This document shows, piece after piece, positions 1 through 10,736 of a DNA stretch of 64,000 bases. This DNA comes from Ostreococcus lucimarinus (Eukaryota). Positions within the stretch are counted from its first letter, which is position 1. Every line of letters starts with the position of its first letter. The stretch lies in assembly GCA_000092065.1 (NCBI GenBank), contig CP000594.1. One strand, given 5' to 3'. Under the pieces are notes generated by a model. It saw nothing but the letters and a program-made list of their open reading frames with translations, had not been told where the DNA came from and did no database searches. Made by a program: the position numbers and the translations under genes.

Positions 1-2
1 AG

Positions 3-239
3 ATGGTGAAGAAGGATTGGGTGAAGAAGGGCGCCGTCATCATCGACGTCGGTACGAACAGCGTGGACGATAAGACCAAAAAGGCTGGCTATCGCTTGGT
101 CGGCGACGTCGACTTTGCCGAGGTTAAGAAGGTGGCGAGCGCCATCACGCCCGTGCCGGGCGGCGTCGGTCCCATGACCATCGCGATGCTTCTCTCCAAC
201 TGCCTGGATTCTGGCAAGCGAGCCATCGCCAAGGCGTAA
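3..239 (+). CDS. C-terminal fragment of a bifunctional methylenetetrahydrofolate dehydrogenase/cyclohydrolase (FolD/MTHFD-like); the 5' part lies outside the window
   Basis: Translation ...AVIIDVGTN...[15 protein letters not shown]... matches the conserved FolD C-terminal NAD(P)-binding/cyclohydrolase segment. Stop TAA at 237-239. Confidence 0.8.
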   Translation: MVKKDWVKKGAVIIDVGTNSVDDKTKKAGYRLVGDVDFAEVKKVASAITPVPGGVGPMTIAMLLSNCLDSGKRAIAKA

Positions 240-377
240 TCTCATCTTTCGCTCGTCCATGGGTCCTCTATTTTTAATACGTATCGTCGTTGAATTCATT
301 CTTCACTCTCGTTCGTCCCCGCGTCCCGAAGTTCAAACGCCGACCAGCTGTCGCCAGTCATCGCCGCGCCCTTCGCC

Positions 378-2756
378 ATGCGGGGCGCGCCCCCGCCCCT
401 GTACCCGTGGCAGGCCGAAGCGATAAACCTCGTCGCCGCGTCGCGTCGCTCGCTGTGCTACACGGCGCCCACGGGCGGCGGTAAAAGTCGCGTCGCCGAT
501 GAGTTGTTACGACTGTCCCTGACAAACTTTCCCGCGGCGAAAGCGCTCGTCGTGCTGCCGTACGTCGCGCTCGTGCGGGAAAAAGTGGCGTCGTTGGAGT
601 CGTTGTTACGCCCGCTCGGGATCAAGGTGAGGGGCTACGCCGGGGTGGAGTGCGAGGGGGCGCCGTTGGGGAGCTCGAGAGAGCGCTGCGCGGTGACGAC
701 GATTGAAAAGGCGTCGTCGTGCGTCAATAGACTGTTCGAAACGGGCGAGATATCGCTGCTCAGCGTCGTGGTGGTGGATGAGCTGCACATGGTCAGCGAA
801 GACGAACGTGGGTGCGCGCTGGAGGGGATGTTGGCGAAGATACGACACGGAGTGAAGTCGGGAAAGGTGTCGAGCGACGGCCCGCAAATCGTGTGCATGA
901 GCGCGACGGTGGGAAAGTCATCGATGGAACGCTTAGCGAGGTGGTTAGACGCGGAGATTTACGTCAGTCATCATCGGCCGGTGGAGTTGAAAGAGTACGT
1001 GGTGTGCGTGGGTGGGGTGTATGCGAAGGAGAATCGAGGTGAGGCGGGCTGGGAGCTGACGCGCGTGGCCGATTCGCCGTCGCGAGTGGAGTTGGAGATC
1101 GTCGCCGAACTGGTTGGTCAAGTGTTCGTCAACGCGCACAGCTCGTTGGTATTTTGCTCGAGCAAGAGTCAGTGTTCAGTTTATGCGACGAAATTGGCGA
1201 GCTTGCTTCCGGTGAATCCGAACACGGCGCACCTGCGAGAAGAGTGCGTGGCGAGACTCTACGAAGCTGCGGAGGGCGAGCCCGACCAAGCGCTAGTAGC
1301 GTGTGTTCGCTCCGGTCTCGCGTGGCATCACGCCGGATTAACGACGGCAGAGAAGAGAGTAATCGAAGAGGGCTTTCGAGCTGGTGCGATTTTAGCGCTC
1401 ACATGCACGACGACTCTTGCTGCGGGCGTCAACTTGCCCGCTCGCCGTTGCGTCATCCTTCGCGGCTTCATCGCCGGTTTACCGACGCCTTCGATGGCTC
1501 AGTACAAACAAATGGCTGGTCGAGCTGGAAGAAAAGGGCAAAGCGATTTCGGTGAATCTTTCCTAGTCACGACGAAACAAGAGGCCGTGGATTGGGCGCG
1601 AAATCTAGTACTCGGCGAGCTACCGGCTTTGGAGTCGCGTCTGTTTCCTCCTGCAATCAAGCGCCATGACATGCCCGTGACGCCAGAACAACGACGGTTT
1701 TATCTCGAATCCATCGCGTGTGGAGTACTCAAGACAAAGGAAGACGCCGGTGAGCTGGCTTGTCGCACGTTTGCTTGGACATCTGGACGCGATAACGCGT
1801 CAATTCTCGCCCGTCAAAGCCGAGCGTTGAAGGAAATTTACGAAAAAGGGCTGGTTGTCGCGCGCTCCGGCGCGCATTGCGCTGAGTGGTGCTCTACTCC
1901 AGAGGGATTCGCGTTCTACAAGTGTACTTTACCGATAGCACACGCTAAGACGCTGCGGAAAGAGTTGTCTTTCGCGCTTACGAATGGATTGAATCTTTCG
2001 ACGAAGACGCACTTGCTATTCTTTTGCGTGTCGAACGAAACCAACGTCTTCGCAGCAAACTTGAATTGGCACGCGTGGAGCGATTGGATGAGTCGATACG
2101 ACAGTATTCATGAACTTGGGGAGAAACATTTGAATGTCACCCGACAGTACGCAGAAAGAGCGCAGCATCGACAAGGGATATCAGACCAAGCCAAGGCGAC
2201 TCGGTCGCGCCATGAGCGTCTCGCTGCGGCGTTGCTGTTGAGCGACGTGTTGGCGAGCGACGACACCACCGTCGACATTGCGCGCAAATGGTCAACGTTA
2301 TCGAACAATCCCGTCAACCGTGGGATGATTCAATCTCTTCAAAACAGCGCGGCGACGACGGCGGGCATGGCGAGCGTGCTGTGCGAACAGTGCGGCTGGC
2401 ACGCGCTCGCAGGTCTTTTGCAAAACGTTAGCGAAGAGTTGCAAGCTGGCGCGCGACGAGAGCTATTACCGCTGATGCGTCTCGAAGGCATGACCGGCGC
2501 AAGAGCACGAGCTCTACATAACGCCGGACTAACGACGCCTGCGAAAATCGCGGCACTTCAGAGCGATAAGTTTGACAAGCTGCAAGATGCTTGCCTGCGT
2601 TCGCTGACGCGATCGAGAAACGGCGGCTTGGATCAAGCCATGCGTACCACGGCGTGGAGAATCGCAAGCGCTCTCGTGCAATCGGCTCGTGAAGCGACAA
2701 TCGAGGAGGCGAAACGGGCGTTGGAAGACGATTCTAACGCTGAATGGTTAAATTAA
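378..2756 (+). CDS. HELQ: HELQ/Hel308-family superfamily-2 DNA helicase
   Basis: Motifs TAPTGGGKS (Walker A), VVVDELHM (DExH), MSAT, HHAGLT..EKRVIEEGF, TLAAGVNLPARR, QMAGRAGR. C-terminal helix-hairpin-helix region (LMRLEGMTGARARALHNAGL). Collinear with human HELQ over the helicase core. Confidence 0.85.
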   Translation: MRGAPPPLYPWQAEAINLVAASRRSLCYTAPTGGGKSRVADELLRLSLTNFPAAKALVVLPYVALVREKVASLESLLRPLGIKVRGYAGVECEGAPLGSSRERCAVTTIEKASSCVNRLFETGEISLLSVVVVDELHMVSEDERGCALEGMLAKIRHGVKSGKVSSDGPQIVCMSATVGKSSMERLARWLDAEIYVSHHRPVELKEYVVCVGGVYAKENRGEAGWELTRVADSPSRVELEIVAELVGQVFVNAHSSLVFCSSKSQCSVYATKLASLLPVNPNTAHLREECVARLYEAAEGEPDQALVACVRSGLAWHHAGLTTAEKRVIEEGFRAGAILALTCTTTLAAGVNLPARRCVILRGFIAGLPTPSMAQYKQMAGRAGRKGQSDFGESFLVTTKQEAVDWARNLVLGELPALESRLFPPAIKRHDMPVTPEQRRFYLESIACGVLKTKEDAGELACRTFAWTSGRDNASILARQSRALKEIYEKGLVVARSGAHCAEWCSTPEGFAFYKCTLPIAHAKTLRKELSFALTNGLNLSTKTHLLFFCVSNETNVFAANLNWHAWSDWMSRYDSIHELGEKHLNVTRQYAERAQHRQGISDQAKATRSRHERLAAALLLSDVLASDDTTVDIARKWSTLSNNPVNRGMIQSLQNSAATTAGMASVLCEQCGWHALAGLLQNVSEELQAGARRELLPLMRLEGMTGARARALHNAGLTTPAKIAALQSDKFDKLQDACLRSLTRSRNGGLDQAMRTTAWRIASALVQSAREATIEEAKRALEDDSNAEWLN

Positions 2757-2814
2757 AACCAGGCTAGTAGGCATAGGTAGAATTAGACGTAGAGAATAAT
2801 AGGCAGCGGCGCGA

Positions 2815-3768
2815 TTACTGAAACGGCAAAGAGATGCCGAGCCCCTCGTTACCCGGAGCACGGTACTTCTTCTTGTTCGGAGTCGTCAATCTAAAGCTCT
2901 TGATCGTCTCGTCGAACCCACGGGCGAGCTCGTCCCAGTAAATCTCGGGGGCGCTCGAACTCAGCGTGTACAAGTACCCATCCCGCTCAACCGTCACGCC
3001 GTAACTGTGTCGAAACGTCGTCGCCTCCGGCTCGCGCAAATTCGGTGAGCCTTGCGATATGTACTCGTAGTAATAATACGGCACATCATCGATGACGTTG
3101 ATGATCGCGTTATCCACCTCGGCCAGACTCACGCGCTGTCCGCTCGCCACCCGTCCCGTGGCTTTATCCGCCAGAACCGCGTTCGCCACCTGCTTCGCCG
3201 TCCACTCCTTCACGGCTTTCGATTCAAGCGCTGGGGGCGTGTTGCTCACCGTCACCACCGTCGTCAACGGTCCTTTAAAACTCAACAACTCGTACACGAT
3301 GCGTTGCCGAGCGTTCGGCGACATCGGCTCCGCGCTCGAGTACGTATCCCGCTCTCGGCTCACCGCCCAACTGATCGGCTTCCCGCTCTCCGCTTCCACC
3401 GCGTACGTGAACTCATACGCCAAACTCTCGCTCACCACGCGCTTCTTCTCGAGTTCGCGAACCTTCGACGCCGTCGGCGGCGCCGCCGCTTCGATCGCCG
3501 CCGCGCCGTCGATCGCCGCGTCGTCCTCCTCCCCGCGCGCGCCCGGCGCCGAAACGACGCTCGCGACGCTCGCGAGCGAGAGCACGTGCACGAACGCCCG
3601 GCGCGAGGGCGCGTTCGCGCGCGCGGTGTCGTCGCGCGCGTCGTCCCCGACGACGGCTCGACAGGATAGGCCGACGCTCTGGCGCCGCGCGACGGCGCGC
3701 GCGGGACGCCTGCGAGCGTCCAAGGACGCGAAAACGCGCGCGAGCGATGCGCGAGACATCGCAAGCAT
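2815..3768 (-). CDS. PsbP-like (PsbP/Mog1 fold) domain protein with an Arg/Ala-rich N-terminal organelle presequence
   Basis: C-terminal half (YYYYEYI...FRHSYGVTVERDGYLYTLSSSAPEIYWDELARGFDETIKSFRL) fits the PsbP-family signature (..yYE...rH.l..v.dGklY.l...a.E.rW......l..v..SF.l). N-terminus MLAMSRASLARVFASL... resembles a transit peptide. Confidence 0.55.
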   Translation of the reverse strand: MLAMSRASLARVFASLDARRRPARAVARRQSVGLSCRAVVGDDARDDTARANAPSRRAFVHVLSLASVASVVSAPGARGEEDDAAIDGAAAIEAAAPPTASKVRELEKKRVVSESLAYEFTYAVEAESGKPISWAVSRERDTYSSAEPMSPNARQRIVYELLSFKGPLTTVVTVSNTPPALESKAVKEWTAKQVANAVLADKATGRVASGQRVSLAEVDNAIINVIDDVPYYYYEYISQGSPNLREPEATTFRHSYGVTVERDGYLYTLSSSAPEIYWDELARGFDETIKSFRLTTPNKKKYRAPGNEGLGISLPFQ

Positions 3769-3872
3769 GTGTGCGGGCGAGGCGGGGGGCGTCGGGAAGT
3801 GCGGCGGTTTCGCGGCGGCGACGGCGCGGCGACGAATTCGCGCTGTGCTTTCGCGCTGCTAATCATAACGTT

Positions 3873-6077
3873 CTAGTTAACTAAGTCGACGTCCACGATC
3901 ACGGGGATGTGGTCTGATGGAAATTGCGCGTTTGGTAACGCGGTGTGCGCGAGGACGGCGGACATGTCGGGGAGCGGCGATGTGGCGCGCGACGCGAAAT
4001 CGCTCGTCGAACACCACACGTAGTCCAACGCGCCGACGAATCCGCCGACGTAATTCGTCCATTCGAGGAATCCACCGGCAGAGAACAGTGGTCGCGCGGT
4101 TCGCAAGTGTGCGCCACAGCCGATCGGGACCGCGCTGGCGTCGGGGACGACGGATGAAGCGAGCGCGGCTTGCTTCGCCGAGACGGCGGCGAAGCCGTCA
4201 TCCTGCGCTCGCTTAATATCACTAAACGCGCGACGAGCAATCACGTGGTCGTCGGCATCCATCGTTAACCCAGGCGCGAGTCCACTCTCGCGTCGAAGTG
4301 TGAATGCAGCGACGGCGTGACAGTTTTTCAACGTGCATCCGCATTTGACGTGCTTCTTCACGGCTGCGATTGCGTTTGCGTCGTCGCTCGATTTTTCGTC
4401 GCATTTACACGACGCGCCCCACTCTTTATCCAGCGTACGAGCGCAAAGAGACATGAAAATACCTCGTTCTGCGAGCGCTCGTAACTCAAAGGTATTGGTG
4501 ACTTCATCAAAGTTGCGATTGAATGTCTCGTATCCTGTACCATCGTCACAAATATAGAAGAGATCTCGAGCGGCGTCTCGCGATGACGTCCCGCCCCACC
4601 GAAATAGACTACCACGAACCCAATCCTCGTCACTCGCGGAAATCTCGCCTTTGGTGAGATATCTGATGACGCCATCTTCAGGCTCACCGTTAAAATCGCC
4701 GCACAATACGAGTGGATCGCCGGCGGCGAACGCCGTTGCCCGAGTCGTAAATTCGTGAGCTTGCAAGACTCGTAAGTGCATCGCCCCTGGGTGAAAAAAT
4801 AAGTGAGTGTTACCGACGCACAACGACTTGCCGCTCGCGCGTACTTTCACGCGCGCGAGCTGCGCAATGGACGTGATCTTTTTGAGAGCCATAGCCAACT
4901 CTGCGTTATCGTCATCCGCGATCCAGCGCCGCAAAGCTTTGTCTCCGATTTCCGTGAGTTTGATCGCTTCTTCGCGCTCGATGCTTTCAAACTTGCTCAA
5001 TGCGAAGAACATCGCGCATCCTTCCAACGTCTGACCGCTCTTACCGACCCAATCTGTCGCGATATATCCGTTTGCAGTGAGTACGGGCACGAACAACGTT
5101 TCGTGGTACTTCTTGTCCACTTCTTGTAGCGCCACGACGTCGGCTTTTGATCGTAAGATATCTTCCAATACTAGCTGCAAGCGTCGTTCCACTTTAGCCA
5201 ACGCCGTGTCAAAGTAAGGAAACATCGTTCCCCAAGTGTGCGCGTACGCATCGGCCAACACGTTGTACGTCATGATACGATAATCCGCCGACGTCTCGGC
5301 GCTCGGCTCCAACCGTCGCAACGCCTCCGACCGATCAACGCCCAGCCGCGTCACAACGTTCGTAAACTCAAACCTCTCGTCCAAAGCCTCAACCGCTAAT
5401 CTTTTACCGAAATCCTCTTTTGTGGGCGTGTACACGCGCCCTTGGCCGACGATCTCGCCGTCCGCGTACCATCGCCAGTCGACTTCGTCGTGCTGGCAAA
5501 ATTCCAATCCGTGCGCGGTCGCTGGAAGCGGATATCCCACCATGGCGTAGTCCACGCTCGAGCACCCCGCCATCTCCGGCGCATCTAATCGTACGAGATA
5601 CGATATCCGCGTCTCGCAGTCATCGATCGTGAGGACGCTTCCCTCGGACCACGCTTCGGCGTGCGTAGCGCTCCCAGCCACCGGCGCCCCGTCGCGCTCG
5701 AGCGTCACCGTCGTGGTTCCAGAAGCCGTCTTTCCCCGCGCCAGCGTTTTCAATAAGCGCTGAAAACTCTTTTCTATCGGTTCCGCCGCGTCGCGATGCA
5801 GCGTCTTCGATGTGCCGTCGCGCATCGGCACTTTTATCGTCACGCGCTGCTTTTCGACAAATCTTTTGACGTCGACGTAAAGTTCGTCGCAGGGCGCGTC
5901 GGACATCGCGGACGAAGGCTTCGAACGCGCCGCGACGCGCGTTTGACGATGGCGCGAATCGGGGCGAGGGAGACGGGCGGTGACGAGGGATGCGCCTCGC
6001 GGCATTGACGAGCGCGCGAGTGCGGCGGCGGCTGGACTGGAGCGCCGTCTATTCATAATAAAAATAATCTCTATCAC
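3873..6077 (-). CDS. Endonuclease/exonuclease/phosphatase-family deadenylase, CCR4/nocturnin/2',5'-phosphodiesterase-12-like. The true start is probably internal, e.g. the ATG at 5906.
   Basis: The catalytic motifs typical of this enzyme family are all present: YRIMTYNVLA, VVALQEVD, LCVGNTHLFFHP, LVLCGDFNGEP, FPSDHIPV. The long N-terminal extension resembles an organelle presequence. The ORF's 5' end abuts the NRAMP stop only 10 nt away, so the annotated start is an over-extension. Confidence 0.7.
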   Translation of the reverse strand: MIEIIFIMNRRRSSPAAAALARSSMPRGASLVTARLPRPDSRHRQTRVAARSKPSSAMSDAPCDELYVDVKRFVEKQRVTIKVPMRDGTSKTLHRDAAEPIEKSFQRLLKTLARGKTASGTTTVTLERDGAPVAGSATHAEAWSEGSVLTIDDCETRISYLVRLDAPEMAGCSSVDYAMVGYPLPATAHGLEFCQHDEVDWRWYADGEIVGQGRVYTPTKEDFGKRLAVEALDERFEFTNVVTRLGVDRSEALRRLEPSAETSADYRIMTYNVLADAYAHTWGTMFPYFDTALAKVERRLQLVLEDILRSKADVVALQEVDKKYHETLFVPVLTANGYIATDWVGKSGQTLEGCAMFFALSKFESIEREEAIKLTEIGDKALRRWIADDDNAELAMALKKITSIAQLARVKVRASGKSLCVGNTHLFFHPGAMHLRVLQAHEFTTRATAFAAGDPLVLCGDFNGEPEDGVIRYLTKGEISASDEDWVRGSLFRWGGTSSRDAARDLFYICDDGTGYETFNRNFDEVTNTFELRALAERGIFMSLCARTLDKEWGASCKCDEKSSDDANAIAAVKKHVKCGCTLKNCHAVAAFTLRRESGLAPGLTMDADDHVIARRAFSDIKRAQDDGFAAVSAKQAALASSVVPDASAVPIGCGAHLRTARPLFSAGGFLEWTNYVGGFVGALDYVWCSTSDFASRATSPLPDMSAVLAHTALPNAQFPSDHIPVIVDVDLVN

Positions 6078-6086
6078 GTTTGCCCG

Positions 6087-7796
6087 TCAGAGCGAGTACA
6101 CCGCGGCGGTGGCGGGATCCGGTAATAAGTCATCGTTGTTCCACATCGCGTCGTCGAGCTCTTCGTCGGATAAGTTGGCGTCGCCGGGACGCTTCATGCG
6201 AACCGACGTGCGCGCGCTCAGATTTTGATGCACGGGTCGCAAGGTGAGGTAGAGGAGGGTCGCGATGTATACGCCGAGCATGCTGAAGATGATGAGACCT
6301 AAGAACACACCCGCGAAAGAGCCCCACACGAGCTTAGACTCGACGATGGCCGTGGAGATCAAAATCACGTTGGCGCCGATGATTCCGCCGGAGAGCCAGA
6401 TGGTGTAACGCAACCGCTTCGCCGACACCGCCATGGGACCCATGATTCGCTCGCTCGCGGTGAACTTGATGAGGGGAATCAGCGCATACGGGAGCTGTAT
6501 CGCTAAAATTGTTGATGATATCACGATCAAGGACTCGGAGTACTTATCGCCAGCGGCCAAAACGACGATTAAAGACGGCACGATGGCGCACATGCGCGTC
6601 ACAAACGCTCGAAGCACCGGGTTGACACGAAGCTCCAAGAACCCATCCATGACGAACTGACCGGCATACGTTCCAGTAATAGTGGAACTTTGCCCCGACG
6701 CGAGCAGCGCGGCGGCGAAGAAACCTTTCGCCGCCGTGCCGAGCACCTCCTTCAACATTTGCGGCGCGTACTGCAACGGACGCTCGCGCACCTGGCGCAT
6801 TTCCTCCGGATCGGTCAAGTGCGCGTAATTCGACGCCGCGACGATGACGACGGCGAAGTTGATGAACAACGACACCGAGAGCGCCATCCCAGACTCGACG
6901 ATATTGTACTTCTACGCCATCCTCAGACTCTTTTCGCCTAAACTAAACCCGCGGCTCAACACCAGAGCGCTGTGCAAGAATAAATTATGCGGCATCACCA
7001 CGGCGCCGACGAGAGATACGGCGATATACAGCGCCTTGCTTCCCGGCAATCGAGGCAACACAATCCCCGCCACCACAGAGGACGCTTTCGCGTCCACAAA
7101 CGTGACTTCAGCCAAGAAACACAACGACATCACGCCGACGAGCGCCGCCATGAACGCCTCCAACTTTCGCACCCCGAACGACTGCAACCCCAAAAACACC
7201 ATCGTCGACATCGACGTCAGCACCACTCCCACCCACGTGGGAATTCCAAATATCAATTTCAGCGCCAACGCCGTGCCGATGACCTCCGGAACATCGCTCG
7301 CGATGATCGCCAGTTCCGTCATCGCCCACAGCGCGTACCGCGTCGGGTCCGGATACTCCTCCCGCATGCACCGCGCCAGGTCCCACCCCGTCGCCAGCGC
7401 CAGCCGTATCGTCAGACCTTGTATGTACCACCCCCCCAGCGTCGCCCAGAGCAACACCCAGAGCAATTTATACCCGAACAGCGTTCCCGCCTGCAAGTCG
7501 CTCTCAAAGTTCCCCGGATCCACGTACGCGATGCACATCAAAAATCCCGGTCCCATGAACCGCCACAGCGTCTTCAGGTTGAACCGATGATCGTCGTCGT
7601 CCAGGCCCTCGATCTCGACCCCCGCCGCGGCGCGCCGCGCCCCGTCCTCGCCTTTCGCGCGCGCGCCGTCGCCGCGCGCGTGCCATCGCGTCCCCGTCCC
7701 CGCCGTCGTCGTCCCGCCGTCGTCGTCGCCCTCGTGCGACCGCGCGGCGCGCGCGGCGCCGTCGAGCACCGGCGCGTCGTCGCGGTCGTCCTCCAT
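6087..7796 (-). CDS. NRAMP-family divalent metal (Mn2+/Fe2+) transporter. The reading frame is broken by an in-frame TAG at 6912-6914.
   Basis: DPGN motif (FLMCIAYVDPGNFESDLQAG), MPHNLFLHSALV, and the conserved ...KYNIVESGMALSVSLFINF segment. ORFs 6912..7796 and 6087..6887 are in the same frame. They are separated only by a TAG sitting where homologs have Asn (human ...REANKYFFIESCIALFVSF). Confidence 0.8.
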
Positions 7797-8462
7797 CGCG
7801 CGCGCGCGTCGGCGCGCCGTCGCGGTGTCGCGCCGCGGTGTCGCGCCCGCGGTCTCGTCCCGAGCCTACAACACGGACGACTCGCACACCTCGACGCGCG
7901 CGACGCCGCCGCGCGACGCCGCACACGCGCGCGCGCCGCGCGCGGACCTCGCGCGCGACGTTCCTCGCGCGCGCGGCGTCCCGAAGCGCGCGCGCGATCG
8001 CGCGACGCGACGCGACGGCGACCGAACGCGATCGGTTCGCGCTTTGAATCGTCGCGACGACGACGATGTCGACGTCGCCGACGCGACGATCCTCGCGACG
8101 AGGCGCGCCGACGCCCGACGGCGAGACGATGGACGATGGAGGCGGAATCGCGCGCGACGCGCGCGCGGCGGCGTCGCGGGCGAACGTGAAGGTGCGATTC
8201 GATTTCGGAAACCTTTTGAGAATTTGAATTTCGGACGGCGACCGACGCCGAGCGGAGGCGCGCGCGGATCGAGGATCGAGCGAGGCGCGCGATCGGCGCG
8301 CGGCGGAGACGGCGGTGGACGACGGGCGCGAAAGCGCGGGCGCGATGGGGCGGCGCGCGGGAGGGATCGGACGGGCGGGGAAGACTGACGGCGACGCGCG
8401 CTCGAAATCGACAGGTCGAGACGGAGGAGGGGAAGGAGGACGCGCTGGGACGAGGACGGCGG

Positions 8463-10736
8463 GTGCGAACGGCGAAGCTCGAGACGGGGGACGATGGAAG
8501 GAACGGGAGCTCGACGCGCGCGGGGTCGTCGACGCCGAAACGGGGGAGTTCGGTGGAGAACGAGCCGGCGTCGAAGAGCGACGGGACGACGACGGTTTCG
8601 GCGTTGAGCGTGCTCGGCGTGCAGGCGCCGCGAGTCGTGGGTAAGCGAACGCCCAGGAAGCCGTCGAGCGCGTACGTTAACTTTGAAAATGCGGCGGAGG
8701 TTCTAGTTTCGCTGTCGCCGCAGATCAACCGCGAAGCGGTTCGCGCGGCGCAGCAAAATAGCCCGAGTAGGAGCTACGCGACGAAGAGTCAAATCGCGGA
8801 CTTGGCGTTGGGTAACGTGACGACGCCCAGACGAAAGCGCGCGCGGGCGTTGTTCCCGGATGAAGTGTTCACGACGAGCACGGCGAACGGTTCATCGCCC
8901 GCTAGAAGGAAGAAGCCGATGTCGGCGGCGGATGAAGACACGCTCTACGGCGCTCTAGACGGATTGATGACGCTCGCAGAGAACGTCGCGGCTCCATCGC
9001 CGCAACAGACGGATAGCATGAAGAAGAAACGTAAGCAAGGTAGTGGACGACCGCGCGGCTCGTACGGGTCACCTTCACGCCACCTGCCGCCGTTACCGAA
9101 GTATGCGCTCAAGCCGACGCCGATGCCGGTCGGGAAGAAGATGTTGAAGATAAACAGGCCTCGGCGCCACGTTTCGCGCGAGATCGAATCTGTTGGTCTC
9201 GGCGCGGCGTCCTCACTCTTTCACGATCATCGTCTGAGCGAAACGGCTGAGGCGACGACGACGACGCAAGGAGACAACCGGGCGCGTTTGCTCATCGGTG
9301 CGCACGATCCGTTGACGAGACGCTGGGCAAACGCCAACTTCTTCACCGCTGGTACGGACAAGGGCTGGTTTGAAGACAGTGGCTTCTCACGATGGTTGCA
9401 GCACATTGGTAAAGGCGATATGCGCGTCGCTACGCGCGAAGAATGGCAAAAAGTCCGTCGAAAATTACCAAAGACGAGACGCCTTTCGCTCAAATTTTTG
9501 AAGGACGAGCGTGTGGACTTGGAGTATTTCCGACACGCCGCGCGCGAGATGACAAACTTGAAATTGCACGGTACGGTTCTAACGGATGAGCTTAAGGCCT
9601 TAATGCTCAAGTGGACGGGTGGCGTTCCGGTCCCGTCGCCGCTCGAAGTCGGGCAAACGGTGTTGGCGGTGCATCCCCGATTCCATTCGCCGTACATAGG
9701 AAACATATTGATTGTCGAGCGCGCCACCTGTCGCGTACAATTTGCACGTCCAGAACTCGGTGTCGAGCTCGTCCGAGACATCGATATCATGCCAGTAGAC
9801 GCCAACCAAGAAGAGATGGATCTGATTGCTGCGGGGACCGCGGAACAAATCGAAAACGAAGCCTTCAACGCTGGTTTCCGAGGAATTTACGATCCGCTGC
9901 CGGTGGTCGGTGGCGGTGGCCACGCCTACGGCGCCGGCGTCGCAGTTGCCGCACAAATGCGTGAGATGGACGTCCGTTTGCTCAACGAAGCTCAACAAGC
10001 TCTCGAGCGCAAGCGCGAGCTCGTCGATGCGTTGCGGATGAAGAATGACGCCGCGGAGGAGTTCAAAAAGAAACCAGAACGCGTCAAGCAAGCGGCGGAG
10101 ACGAACGGCGAAGCGCTTAAATTCCAACGAGAATACGCCGCCATCGTTCTCGCCTTGCGCGGCGCCAACGCGGAGTTGGAGGGTGCTTTAGTTCGCTTGC
10201 GGCAGCAACAGGGATATCACGACAAACCCCTCGGGTTGTGGCGGAAAATCAAGAGTCAGAATTTGGGCGACGGTCATCGCGCTCTCTCTCGATTCGCCCC
10301 ACCATCCGCGACGCCGAGCTCGGACGAACTCTACGCTTCGACGGCGGAAGACATCGTCGCCACCGCCGGCATGGGCGCTCGTCGCATCGTTTACCACGTG
10401 CAAACCACCACCAACGCCGGCGCCGAGAGCACGGCGACGCTCAATCCGAGTCTCCAGGAACCTCTCGGAACCGGCGCCACTAAGTCCGATCTCCCTCCCA
10501 CCGCCGCCGACGTCGACGCCGAAAAGCTCAAAGTCACCCAGCTCGTCACCGCCATCGTCCAGGCCGCGCTCACCATCAAAGCCTGCGCCGACCGCGGCGC
10601 CAGCGCGAGCGTCCTCGACGCCTGCCTCCGCCGCGTTTCCGATTCCCTTCGCCCCGTCGCCGTGAGCAATCGCGCCGCTTTCGACGCCGTCGAGCGCGCT
10701 CTCAAAGACCTTCGCGACGTCTTTCTCATCCGTTGA
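8463..10736 (+). CDS. LIN9: LIN9/ALY (always-early) homolog, a MuvB/DREAM-complex subunit. The 5' end is uncertain because the ORF has an alternative-codon start.
   Basis: DIRP-like segment (REEWQKVRRKLPKTRRLSLKFLKDERVDLEYFRHAAREM), a Tudor-like block (VGQTVLAVHPRFHSPYIGNILIVERATCRVQFARPELGVELVRDIDIMPV) and a C-terminal helix (FQREYAAIVLALRGANAELEGALVRLRQQQ). These are collinear with human LIN9 (EEWRHIRRLMGKPRR..., YRVTFDRTGLGTH..., FQRRYATIVLELEQLNKDL). Confidence 0.75.
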   Translation: MRTAKLETGDDGRNGSSTRAGSSTPKRGSSVENEPASKSDGTTTVSALSVLGVQAPRVVGKRTPRKPSSAYVNFENAAEVLVSLSPQINREAVRAAQQNSPSRSYATKSQIADLALGNVTTPRRKRARALFPDEVFTTSTANGSSPARRKKPMSAADEDTLYGALDGLMTLAENVAAPSPQQTDSMKKKRKQGSGRPRGSYGSPSRHLPPLPKYALKPTPMPVGKKMLKINRPRRHVSREIESVGLGAASSLFHDHRLSETAEATTTTQGDNRARLLIGAHDPLTRRWANANFFTAGTDKGWFEDSGFSRWLQHIGKGDMRVATREEWQKVRRKLPKTRRLSLKFLKDERVDLEYFRHAAREMTNLKLHGTVLTDELKALMLKWTGGVPVPSPLEVGQTVLAVHPRFHSPYIGNILIVERATCRVQFARPELGVELVRDIDIMPVDANQEEMDLIAAGTAEQIENEAFNAGFRGIYDPLPVVGGGGHAYGAGVAVAAQMREMDVRLLNEAQQALERKRELVDALRMKNDAAEEFKKKPERVKQAAETNGEALKFQREYAAIVLALRGANAELEGALVRLRQQQGYHDKPLGLWRKIKSQNLGDGHRALSRFAPPSATPSSDELYASTAEDIVATAGMGARRIVYHVQTTTNAGAESTATLNPSLQEPLGTGATKSDLPPTAADVDAEKLKVTQLVTAIVQAALTIKACADRGASASVLDACLRRVSDSLRPVAVSNRAAFDAVERALKDLRDVFLIR

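Noticed and set aside
6987-8189. Long ORFs of 100-440 aa, mostly intergenic or antisense to real genes. Examples: 6987..8189, 7574..8728, 10188..11510, 12889..13473, 20292..21287, 31653..32606, 35573..37492, 40487..41560.
   Set aside because: Their translations are Arg/Ala/Gly/Pro/Ser low complexity with no domain. They run antisense through well-supported genes or across hyper-GC intergenic DNA. In a ~70% GC sequence stop codons are rare in all frames, so these are compositional artefacts.
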